Part shown: positions 27,028 through 37,118 of the stretch, piece after piece
How positions within the stretch are numbered: position 1 is the stretch's first letter
Layout of the letters: each line of letters opens with the position of its first letter
Source: Girardia tigrina
Taxonomy: Eukaryota
Assembly: GCA_001938485.1 (NCBI GenBank)
Contig: MQRK01248821.1
Coordinates: 43,171-95,113, forward strand
Direction of reading: 5' to 3'
DNA length: 51,943 bases
Made by a program: the position numbers and the translations under genes
Notes under the pieces: model-generated
Told to the model about the DNA's origin: nothing
The model's input: only the letters and a program-made list of their open reading frames with translations
Database searches by the model: none

Positions 27028-28779
27028 AATATAATAATTTATAGAAAGTAAGCTAATAAAAAAATGGAAAAATTCGATTCCGAATATGCCGTTAAAATGG
27101 TCTTCCAGGAATTTATAGATTCTTGACCACCAAATTTTTATTCAAATGGCCTCAAAAAGCTGCCACTCAAATAGCAAAAGTATGTCAACAATATGGGTGT
27201 ATAATTTGATGAATGACAAATATTTGTATTGGTAAATTATCAATAAATTTTGATATTAGTTATACAAATTTCATACTTGACGACCTAATAATTTAATCCA
27301 AGTGTCTAATATTAAAGAAATTAAGGTTTCTTTGTTGTTGTTTCACTTGTTTGCTGGGCACCACATATGATAAACATCATAAAATCATACAGGTTGAAAT
27401 CTAAAAAAGATTCCTTAATCATTCCAATGTTTCAGCATAAGAACAATCTAACTTTCAAAAAAGACTAACTCGTTTTAAGTTATAATTAATAACTTCTTCA
27501 ACGTTAATATTAATATTAAAAATTTTATTAAAAAGATTTGAAATATTCTAATCTTACAACAAAATTATCAAAAAAAAATAATTCTCAAATTCTGCTAAAT
27601 TTTATTATAAATATTCTTCAATTAAATTTTAATTTTATGATAATTTCATGAAAAAAAAACAATTCCCATTTTTCACTATTTAACACTTGTTTAATTTATT
27701 GGTGTAACAGGATTAATTATATAAATAATTGATTGATCGACCCCCTTTGATCTTAGGAAAGACCATTACAAAATCATTGCGAATGAGTGTTGTGAATGAA
27801 CATTTATTTTCGGCTTTTAACTGATTTATTGTCCAGTTATAATTATAATCAAACCAAAAAACTCAACTCAAATGATATATGATGCCTCTTGCTCATGTCT
27901 CTTGTACTGTTAATAATGATGAGTTTCATCACCGATTTGTTGAGTCTGTGATTTTATTTTGTTTTATTTGCGTTGATTTTATTGGGATAATTTGCATTTT
28001 AAATGAGCGTTTCATTTATGATGAGAACGAGTTAATTAACTGAGATTCAACACTCGTTGCTTCTGCAACCAGATCATGCATAATTAACACTCGAGTCCAT
28101 TTGACAATTAATTGTAAAACAGATATTAGATTTTCTCATTAATTTTCTTTTCCAAAGAAGTTATAATAATAATATTTGAAAACATTAATAATTGGTTCAT
28201 CTCAACTGACCGTGAGATTATCGTACATTAATAAACAACTTATTATTGTTTTTATCAAACCGCAAATTATCTGAAACTTGATTGCAATTAGTTTCATTTG
28301 ATACCCTTGACAGAATTCATTATGACAGCACTCTACCAGTCGAGATAAGGGTCTGCCTGCCAAGGACTTCTGCTGGCTTGCTCTTCTCTCTCTAATATGG
28401 CAATTATGTATAAACACTTACAGATCTAATATGTTTCATAATATTTCATTACAAAACCCGTCGGATTTTAATTATGTTGTTTGAATTAATTTTTTTTCAA
28501 AATAAAATGATTTAATAATCATTCTTATTAATTAAATATAATTTTAATATTCAAGGAGAAATCAAGAAATATTTTTGGAATAAAGTTAATAGAATTTATT
28601 AAATGTTTATTATTGTTAATAAAAAAAGTTTTTAAAACAATAAGTTCTTATATAATATAACGTGTTCTACTTGTTAAAACTTCTTAATAGGCACTAAATC
28701 GACGAAATAAACCTACACAGAACTTTATCAGGGGGTCAATAACATCATAGCCAAACTTTGGCCTGCAAAAAAACAAACG

Positions 28780-29010
28780 ACATTAACAATTACATTCGAT
28801 GGTTTAATGAGATATATTACAAGATTTTTCTTTCACAAGTTTGTCATTCTCCGACTCGATATCGGAAGTAACTCTTTTCCAAAATGTCTTTCGAAAATGT
28901 TCGACTGTTGAACATGAACATGATTAATTTCTATTTATGTTCATTGGAAAATGTTTCTTTCTATAAGTGCATATTTTCATATATTCAGAACGTTTTCAGA
29001 ACAAATTTTA
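28780..29010 (-). pseudogene. Possible hAT transposase dimerisation-domain remnant
   Basis: Weak minus-strand SCSTVEHF...SSRRMT pattern resembling S(C/A)ERxFS...RSRM. Confidence 0.25.
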
Positions 29011-29477
29011 AAGTTTTTTAAACTTTCCATTTGTGGCAACTGAAATTATGAAACTTATTTTGATAATAATCTTCAGTATATTTTAAGGATTACTGTTCTA
29101 GATTCAGAGGTTTTGATATAAAACTTCAGGAATTATTTTTTTCATTTGGATCTAATTTGGTAAAATACGCATATTTAGTTTCGGAATGATGGCGAAGATT
29201 GTACTAATTAGAAACAACAATTGCTTCCTAGTACATAACATGAACATTATCTTCAAAAATTCTGTACTTGTTACTTAGAATTCAAAATTCAAAATTCTGT
29301 TCCTTTTTTACACTTCTTATCTTCATTAATTATGCTCCATAAGTACAATCTATATCGAATAAAAGTAATTAATAGAACTGAAAGAAAATAAAATCTGAAA
29401 AGATATTATCATATGATATATAATTCAAGGTTGAATCATTGATTAATAAAATTACGATCAGTGGATCAATTGATGAA

Positions 29478-29718
29478 TTAACCCTTCGTAAAATGGTGTG
29501 ACACTTCTGTGTCAAACCGTTGTAACTCTTACAGGATCTCTAACTATTAACATATAACATTTTAAGTCACTGTTGCATATCTGTTACACACTGAGCATGT
29601 ACCAGTGTGTAACAGATATGCAACAGTGATTTAAAATGTGATATGTTAATAGTTAGAGATCCTGTAAGAGTTACAATGGTTTGTTACAGAAGTGTCACAC
29701 CATGTTACGAAGGGTTAA
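29478..29718. mobile_element. Near-perfect palindromic piggyBac-like fold-back MITE
   Basis: TTAA-CCCTTCGTAA...CACTG agcatgtac CAGTG...TTACGAAGGG-TTAA; ~115-bp arms with few mismatches. Confidence 0.85.
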
Positions 29719-30029
29719 TTAATTTTTAACTAATTGTCATTTGATCTATGTTAGATGTTGAAGCGAATCCATATTTTCAAAACGATATAAAATTTTATTT
29801 GATCCACCAAGTCAATAAAATGAAAGTAATTTTTATCCGTTTTAACAAATTATTCGAAAATTTTTTTGTAAATTTTTATCGATCCTAAACCGGAAAAAGA
29901 TAAGAATATTAATATTGAATTTTAATTTATTTTTGTGAAATTTCGTGCCACAGAAATGCTTCTCACTTATTTTATCATTTTCATAAATAATTTTAAATGA
30001 CCTTTGATTTTCAATTGACTCAATTTAGT

Positions 30030-30365
30030 AATTCAAATTAGACTTGCAATTGTAGTTTCTGTCACGTTTTTGGCTGCATTATTCAACTTGTTCTGAAAAT
30101 TTGCAATTGTCTGTCCCCTTTTGTTTGTCTCCTTTAATTACCCTTTTACAATGGCCCATTATCTCTCGATTGGACGAAGTTCTGGACAATTTGGTGGGTT
30201 TGCCTCTCTTTGCACAAAATCGACGTTATTGTCATCGTACCACTTCTTTGTTGCCTTACCATAGTGGCACAATGCCAAATCCGGTCAAAAGAAGGTAAGA
30301 CCTCCGTGCTGATTTATGAATGGCAATAAACGCTTTTGCCAGCATTCATTCACATAGACTTCTGA
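30030..30365 (-). pseudogene. ITm DD37E-family transposase C-terminal fragment
   Basis: VYVNECWQKRLLPFINQH...FF*PDLALCHYGKATKKWYDDNNVDFVQREANPPNCPELRPIER*WAIVK; exactly 37 residues between the D of PDL and the E of PIE. Confidence 0.85.
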
Positions 30366-31089
30366 TCGCACAGTGGCAGGTTGAGCGCGGCAGCCACCCC
30401 CAGAGTTCCTCAACTCGTGTCTTGTTTTCGATATCTGTTTATCTGTTTATTTGGCGAGAAGCATTTTAAAAATTTAATTGGGACTCAAGGAGAAATCAAT
30501 TTTTCAAATTTTATTTGACAAGAAGTATTTTGAATTTTATTTGTTTGAGAGTCAAGAAGAAATCAATTTTTTTGGAAGAAGCGGTTAAAATTTTTCGAGA
30601 GCCTATTAAAATACTTGAGAAAAATTTGATTGGAATCAATTTACGGATTAGCATAACGGGTTATTATAATCATAAAACTAAAATTTAATATTAATTTTCC
30701 AAATTAAATTTGAAAAAAACATATTTCATATTTACATATTAAAATCCTCATTAAACTGAATTTATTAATTGGAGAATTTTGATTAATGAATAATCAATCG
30801 ATATAGGCAATCTTTCATCTTTATTTATTTATATTTTCTACTATTGTAAAAATTGTAATAATAAAATAAATCTTATTGAAAATAAATCTGTTGCCTTTTA
30901 ATTATTGAATTTAATTCATAGTAAAATTTCTCTAAATAATTAAATGCTTACAATCAAATTTTTGGTTTTAACCTTCAATCAATATCTTAATATAAAGACC
31001 TTACCTCTTTTGGAAAACCACCTAGAAAGGCAAATCAGAGAAAGAAAAATAATTTTTGTTTGGTTTCCGATAGTTTAACATACTTCTCC

Positions 31090-31480
31090 GGAGACCCAAC
31101 ATCTTCTAAATTATTTTTAAGACACATGGATTGGAAAACAGATAACTGAAAGTCGACGTTTGCCTATATTTCCTGTGGAGATCTCAAATGCATACAATGC
31201 TATCATTAGAAACTTGCTCAGGATAAATAATAATTTGGAAGAATGGCACAGATCTTTTGTAAATTATGTTTATGAGTGTTATGAAAACATATGAAGATTT
31301 ATTGTATGTTTCAAAAAAGAGCATATTATTCACAAATTAGATATTACTCCTGCAAATTCTGGATAAACTGTATGTACACAAAGGAAATTATATAAAGATG
31401 AAGCTCAAAGAATCAAAACTCGTGTTGAGCATTTTGATGAATTAGCAGATATTATATTTTTCTTAAAAGGAAAGTAATAC
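31090..31480 (+). pseudogene. Mutator-like (MULE) transposase C-terminal remnant
   Basis: DTWIG...RRLPIFPVE...LLRINNNLEEWHRSF...I*RFIVCFKKE matches the MULE RTNNxxEGWH motif region. Confidence 0.8.
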
Positions 31481-31799
31481 AAAGTTTAAAGTAATTAAGA
31501 AAATATCAAAAAATAATTCTTGTGTTGAGTATAAATAATAAAAGTATTTAAAAATAATTTTTTATTTTAATTAATAGATATAATAATAAATTATTTATCT
31601 ATTTACCATAATAAATATAAAGTATATATAAATAATTTTGATAAGAAATAAAAAGAAATTATAAATAAAGACTCTGATTTAATAAATAAAATGACTTATG
31701 TATAAAAGAATAAAGTATAAAAGGAGAAAGATTTTGAAAGATGAAAGACGCAAAAGTATAAGAAGAATCCTCAAATTACAAAAAAATGAATTAAATAAA

Positions 31800-32254
31800 A
31801 GAACAGTATAAAAAGAAGGATTTTTTATTTTACGTTTTTGATTAATTAATTGATTGTTTTGGAGATCTATTGAATATCCTTTTAGCTGTGTTAGAAAATT
31901 CATTCCTAATATACAATCATGCGGAAATTGTTTTATAACATAGATTTCAGTCTGAATTTCTTGATCCGCCATTTGAACGGGGAGGATTATTCTACCCTCT
32001 GTATTTAAGGTATGACTGGTTAAGGATGTCAAATTTTGACTATTCTGTTCAATATTTTTCTGTTGTTCCTTTGATAAAAATTTCATTTTTATAAGATATG
32101 CAGCTGCTCCTGTATCAATCAAGGCTTTTATTTTCTTTTTATTTACTCGAATTTCAGCTGTTGGTCTCTCCTGAGTTCTATCTTTATTTAATGCATTAAT
32201 TTCGTCGATAACAGCCAGTTCGTTAAATGAAAAATGATTTGTTCTTTTCTTCAC
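31800..32254 (-). pseudogene. Retroviral/Gypsy-type aspartic protease fragment
   Basis: IKALIDTGAAAYLI ... CILGMNFL (DTG catalytic motif and ILGxxFL); the ORF runs off into unrelated AT-rich sequence. Confidence 0.85.
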
Positions 32255-32305
32255 AAATCTGATTGAATATTTTGTAATGTCTATTTATATGCATTATATA
32301 ATTGG

Positions 32306-33060
32306 CTATTTATATGCTCCATCTTCGCAAGGTTTATCTGGTAATAATTCGTACATCTTGTTATTTGGGTTTTGAGAGTGCATTGGTTCTTCCATAGGAA
32401 TTGTTGTTACTGTAGGTTTGTTTATTAGATGTCTTACATCTTTACTATGTTTAATAGTTATTAAATATTTTGCAAAAATTGGACAGAAACATGTGATTTC
32501 CATGTCCTTCCAAACACGGCATGTAACTGTTTAAATGACAACAGAGCTGAAAATAATAACTTTATAGCTAATATATTATAATATATTCCTAAGAATCCAG
32601 AAAATATGTTTCCCAGTACTTGAAAATTTCCCCATAAACTTTTCAGTGTTGTCAATGCAGCTCTCTTGAAATGGTCTGGAGACAATAATAGTTCGAAATC
32701 AGGCTCTTTGGATGATGTTCCTCTTATTACTTTATCAACGAGGATTTGAACAACCTTTTCTACGTGAATTGGAAACGACATTTGTCTTCTTGTGTCCTCT
32801 AAAGCTTCTTGTGAATATATACCTTGTTCTAATTCCTCAAACGTTTGAAATTGAAGTTTTCTATCTATTGCCGTCATTTCTAATTTTTCTAGGCCTGTTT
32901 CTGGTTTTCGATTAGATACTGTTATCCATCTATTTTCATCCAATTTAAACATTGGATCAAAATATTAGTACATTTCTCAATTATTCTGGGTTGATATTTC
33001 TGATCTGTTAAGATCCTCGTAATTGGTAGAAGAAAGACTTGTACTCCTTGGTATAAATAA
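32306..33060 (-). pseudogene. Chuvirus-like (class III, gB-related) envelope glycoprotein, C-terminal half, frameshifted
   Basis: VFLLPITRIL...C...PMFKL..RW, GIYSQEALEDTRRQMSFP, W..FQVLGNIFSGFLGIY..LAIK...LHAVFG: the pattern recalled for Jingchuvirales glycoproteins and related LTR-retroelement env proteins; hydrophobic TM region present. Confidence 0.7.
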
Positions 33061-33677
33061 CGCCTAATACCTTAGGTGTATGATATTATGTTATAAGTTT
33101 TAATGTATCTATTTACATACCGTTTTTTATTAATTATTAAAAATAAAATTGATTGATAAAATATGAATTAATAATAAATAAAATTCACAAAAATGTATAA
33201 AAAATAAAGTTTGAAATGAAATATAATCACATAAAAATGAAATATCTAAAAAAATCAACATTAATTACTGATAAATTAATAAGTAATATTTTTTAAAAAA
33301 TGTATATATTTTAATTTTTTAGTGGTAATATAAATATTTTTTTTACCTTTTTGTTTGTAAATTTAATTAAATAATGTTTATGAACATTTTACATAAAAAA
33401 CTACATAAAATATTCTTATAATCGAAAAATTCATCGATTTTGCTCTATTTTGCACTAGTTTTTTCAATATTTTAAATGATTCTTATGAAGAAAAATAGAA
33501 TCTATGTATATTTTTAACAAATCTTCTCCACTTTCATAAAAAATTTTTACAGACCATTTTATTTTAAAGAAAAAAATGGGTTTTAGTGGGTTAATCGGGG
33601 TTAATCTGTTAAATCAAATAATTTTTAGAGAAAATTTGCGAAAAATTTTTAAAAAATGTTATAATGTTCTAATAAAA

Positions 33678-34145
33678 ATGGAACCAAGTAAAATCGGTGA
33701 AGAAATTCGCATGGAGAAAAGAATATTTCGTGAAAATATTTTGAGAAGATATATTCATGAATATAAGATTAATCCGCAATTGAAGCATAAGGATTTATGT
33801 AATAAAGTTGGTGTATCAATTCATGTTTTTCGTCGAATTCGTCAAGATTTCGGTATGATGGAAAGTATGAAATCGTATGAACGAAAGTTACCAAGTAGTT
33901 CAAAACGAAAACGAAAACCGGTGGAGAAAATTAATGGAATATCTGAAAAACAAAAAATAGAAGATATAAATTCTCAAATGGGTAATTTATCAATTAAACA
34001 ACAAAAACGTGGAAAAGGAAAAAAAGATGTTATTGGATCTGGAAAAAGACTTGATCTCTCTCTTGAATCTGAAAATAAACAAGTTATTTCAGAATATGAG
34101 ACTGAATCTGAAACAGAAGTGTTTCTTACAAGTTCAATAATATAA
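33678..34145 (+). CDS. Maverick basic, probable HTH DNA-binding protein (likely start MEPSK at 33678; C-terminus disrupted)
   Basis: TAAAAATG start context; NPQLKHKDLCNKVGVSIHVFRRIRQD is HTH-like; NLS-like KRKRK. Confidence 0.55.
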   Translation: MEPSKIGEEIRMEKRIFRENILRRYIHEYKINPQLKHKDLCNKVGVSIHVFRRIRQDFGMMESMKSYERKLPSSSKRKRKPVEKINGISEKQKIEDINSQMGNLSIKQQKRGKGKKDVIGSGKRLDLSLESENKQVISEYETESETEVFLTSSII

Positions 34146-34238
34146 TTATTTAATCTTTATATCTGATCAGGAACGAATATCTAAAAAAACTAAAGAGGAT
34201 ATGGATATTTTATCAGGTAAAATTGTTCAATAATAAAA

Positions 34239-34412
34239 ATGGAGTTAGAAACGAAATTTATAAGAGAATTAATAAGTAATATTATTGGCGCTAATAAAGT
34301 TTATAATAATAGGATTATAGAGTTGCAAAAAACTAATAATATAATAATGATTATTTTCTTAATATTAATTTGTTTATTATTGTTGATTTTGATTTTTATA
34401 TTATTTAAATAA
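34239..34412 (+). CDS. 57-aa tail-anchored membrane microprotein (not in the ORF track)
   Basis: TAAAAATG start; MELETKFIRELISN...IIMIIFLILICLLLLILIFILFK*; fills the gap exactly between neighbouring ORFs. Confidence 0.55.
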   Translation: MELETKFIRELISNIIGANKVYNNRIIELQKTNNIIMIIFLILICLLLLILIFILFK

Positions 34413-34415
34413 AAA

Positions 34416-34928
34416 ATGAGTAACGAGATAGAAAAATTTTACAGGGAAGAAGAAATAGGAAAAAAATTATTTATTGCAAAAAGGGCAAGTATAATAAAAC
34501 ATTATAAAGATGTTTATGATATAGATGTGTTAGAGTATTTCAATAATCCTGATTTTCTTAAAAAATTAGAAAAGGAGATAGAAAAAATACATACTAAATC
34601 TAATATTGATAATATTACATCATTGAAGGGAATGATAATCGATAAACAATTGAGTACTCTTGTGGAAAATAAAATGAAGGAAACTCTTATGGCAAGTATT
34701 CAGGGTAATCAAGAATTGATGGAAAAATATCAACTAGTGGAAAAACGGAATCAGGAGTATGAGAAATTATTGATGAGAAATAAAATAAATACCAAATCAG
34801 TGGATAAGAGTGTGAAAGAATTCGCTACTAGTCTTGAAGTTGCTATTATTCCTAAAGAAACAAGTTCAATAGGAGATTTGATGAGAAATTTGAATAAACA
34901 GTTGGCAGAAATTAGAAAGTTAAAATAA
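34416..34928 (+). CDS. Maverick hypothetical coiled-coil protein
   Basis: Open 170-aa ORF with AAAAATG start. Confidence 0.6.
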   Translation: MSNEIEKFYREEEIGKKLFIAKRASIIKHYKDVYDIDVLEYFNNPDFLKKLEKEIEKIHTKSNIDNITSLKGMIIDKQLSTLVENKMKETLMASIQGNQELMEKYQLVEKRNQEYEKLLMRNKINTKSVDKSVKEFATSLEVAIIPKETSSIGDLMRNLNKQLAEIRKLK

Positions 34929-35149
34929 AAAAATGCAGTACTTTTACTCTATCCATTCGTAATAAATCCCTATCTACATGATAGCGACATTCTAATTTTA
35001 ATATTCGAATGGAAAAATTTTAATTTTCAATAAAAAAAATTATCCTCGAGAAATTAAAATTATTATTTAAATAAAATCTTCAATATTTTCATCATTACAT
35101 TTTTCACCTATTTCATATGCTTCATTTACAAGTTCAATAATATAATTAT

Positions 35150-35380
35150 TTAATCTTTCTCTATCTTTCTTTTTCTTTTTAATAAGCGACCAATTAGGGT
35201 ATTTTTTTCATTTTTGTGAATAAAATAATTTAAAGATATTATTGCATTTTTAGCTACTTCTATTTTTACTATCTTTTCTTTTATAAGAGTTTCTTTTGTT
35301 ACTTGTTTTCCTATTCTACCAATATCATCATTTTGATTATCAAATTGAATTTCGTATAAAAAAGTATTTTTGTTTGTCAT
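35150..35380 (-). CDS. Maverick hypothetical small basic protein
   Basis: 76-aa ORF, AAAAAATG start, in tandem with the upstream ORF. Confidence 0.45.
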   Translation of the reverse strand: MTNKNTFLYEIQFDNQNDDIGRIGKQVTKETLIKEKIVKIEVAKNAIISLNYFIHKNEKNTLIGRLLKRKRKIEKD

Positions 35381-35406
35381 TTTTTAAAAAAATATTATAG
35401 AAATTT

Positions 35407-35940
35407 TTAATTTTCCAAATTTCCAAATTTCCAAATTTTTTTCTTCCTCCGATTCTGAATTATTTTGGAAATTTGGAACATTTGGAAGATTGGATAATAA
35501 TTCTTCCTTCTTTTTTCTAATTTTTCTCTTGTTTTTTTATTTATTTGACCTTTCTTTCGTCCTCCCCGCTTCGATATTGAGGATAATTCACTTTCACAAA
35601 TTGAATTATTTTCTTCTTTAGTTATTAATCTCGCATTAAGATGATAAATATCCTGTTGATATTGATTAATAATTTCCCCCATACTAATAATTTTCTCTTC
35701 CAACTTTTTATTTTTATCCTCCAACTTTTTATTTTTATCCTCCAACTCTCTAATTTTTTCTTCCTCATTATGAATTGTTGGCTCGTTCTTATTTTTCATC
35801 ATTAATTGTAATTCAATCGCTAATGATTTATATTCTTCAATCTTTTTTTCTGAATATGTCAACTCATTCATGTATCGTGTTTTATAATGATCGCATTCAA
35901 GACATTTGTTCAACAAAATATTTTTTCTTGTTTCACTCAT
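35407..35940 (-). CDS. Maverick coiled-coil protein with RGGRKKG AT-hook-like motif
   Basis: LEDKNKK heptad repeats and a basic C-terminus; divergent from the ATPase gene. Confidence 0.55.
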   Translation of the reverse strand: MSETRKNILLNKCLECDHYKTRYMNELTYSEKKIEEYKSLAIELQLMMKNKNEPTIHNEEEKIRELEDKNKKLEDKNKKLEEKIISMGEIINQYQQDIYHLNARLITKEENNSICESELSSISKRGGRKKGQINKKTREKLEKRRKNYYPIFQMFQISKIIQNRRKKKIWKFGNLEN

Positions 35941-36094
35941 TTTCTTTTAAAATAATTTGAAAATTTTTTCAAAATTTTTTCACCAAAATTCAATTTTTCA
36001 AAATTTTTTCGCCAAAAATTCGAAAAAATAAAAATGAAGGGTCGGCGAAGCCTCCGTATTTTTAAGCTTGGAAAAATACTTTTCCAACTTAAAA

Positions 36095-36988
36095 ATGAAG
36101 GAAAAACTGAATATTTTAACAATGTACGAGTCAAAATTCAAGAATAAACTGTTTCCAAAGAACTTTAGACTGTTAATAGTTGGTGAATCGGGATGCGGTA
36201 AAAATGTTTTATTAACTAAAATGTTACTAGAAGATGGATTTCTCGATTTCAACAATCTAATATTTTATTCTACAACTATTGATCAACCGGAACTTAAAGT
36301 TATTTCAAGTGGATTCCGTTTTGAGGATGGTTCATCTTTAACAAAAGCCGGAATTCGTGATGTTTTCGATAAACAGAAAATGTTACTGGAAATGATAAAA
36401 AAAGAATTAGGAAATAGTAATAATTCTGATTATGTTCCTCCTCCGGAATATCTCGTTTATGCGTATAAAAGATTTATTAATAATAATATTGATAAATCAA
36501 AATACTTGATTAGAGATCCTGAAAAGTCAATATCCGTCCTATTTTCCTCGGATCCCAATCAAATCGTCGCTTGCGACTCGCTACCAAAGGATGCAAAGAA
36601 TCTCATTATTTTTGATGACGTGGTGAATCTGTCAGATCAGAAAATAATGAAATCGTATTTCACCAGAGGACGTCATAATAACTGTAATACGATATACATC
36701 TCCCAAACTTTCTACGGATTGGATAAGCATTCTATCCGGAATAATTCCACTGGATTCATTTTTTTCGAATTAGGTAAACGGGATAAATCTTATATCTTCT
36801 CTGATCTCTTACCCAATAGCGATAACAACAACCAATATCAGCGGGAAATAATCCATCACTGGCAGCGGAAAAAATATAATTATATTTATTTTGATCGCAC
36901 TGAAAAAAAAATTTATAAAAATAATTTTACAGAAGAAGAAATATCAATCGAAAATCCGAACATGCACTCAGATATTGAAAATGAATAA
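36095..36988 (+). CDS. A32/FtsK-HerA-like DNA packaging ATPase
   Basis: Walker A GESGCGKN, Walker B LIIFDD and FTRGRHNNCNTIYISQ (Arg finger/sensor); likely ATG at 36095. Confidence 0.93.
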   Translation: MKEKLNILTMYESKFKNKLFPKNFRLLIVGESGCGKNVLLTKMLLEDGFLDFNNLIFYSTTIDQPELKVISSGFRFEDGSSLTKAGIRDVFDKQKMLLEMIKKELGNSNNSDYVPPPEYLVYAYKRFINNNIDKSKYLIRDPEKSISVLFSSDPNQIVACDSLPKDAKNLIIFDDVVNLSDQKIMKSYFTRGRHNNCNTIYISQTFYGLDKHSIRNNSTGFIFFELGKRDKSYIFSDLLPNSDNNNQYQREIIHHWQRKKYNYIYFDRTEKKIYKNNFTEEEISIENPNMHSDIENE

Positions 36989-37118
36989 AATATTGACCAT
37001 TTTACTTTATTAATCATATAAAAAAAATAATATTATTCTTTCCTTTTCTAACCGTATTCCTTTAATATCATGTCTATAGAAAAATAGCTTGGTAGTATTG
37101 GAAATTTTTTATTTAAAA

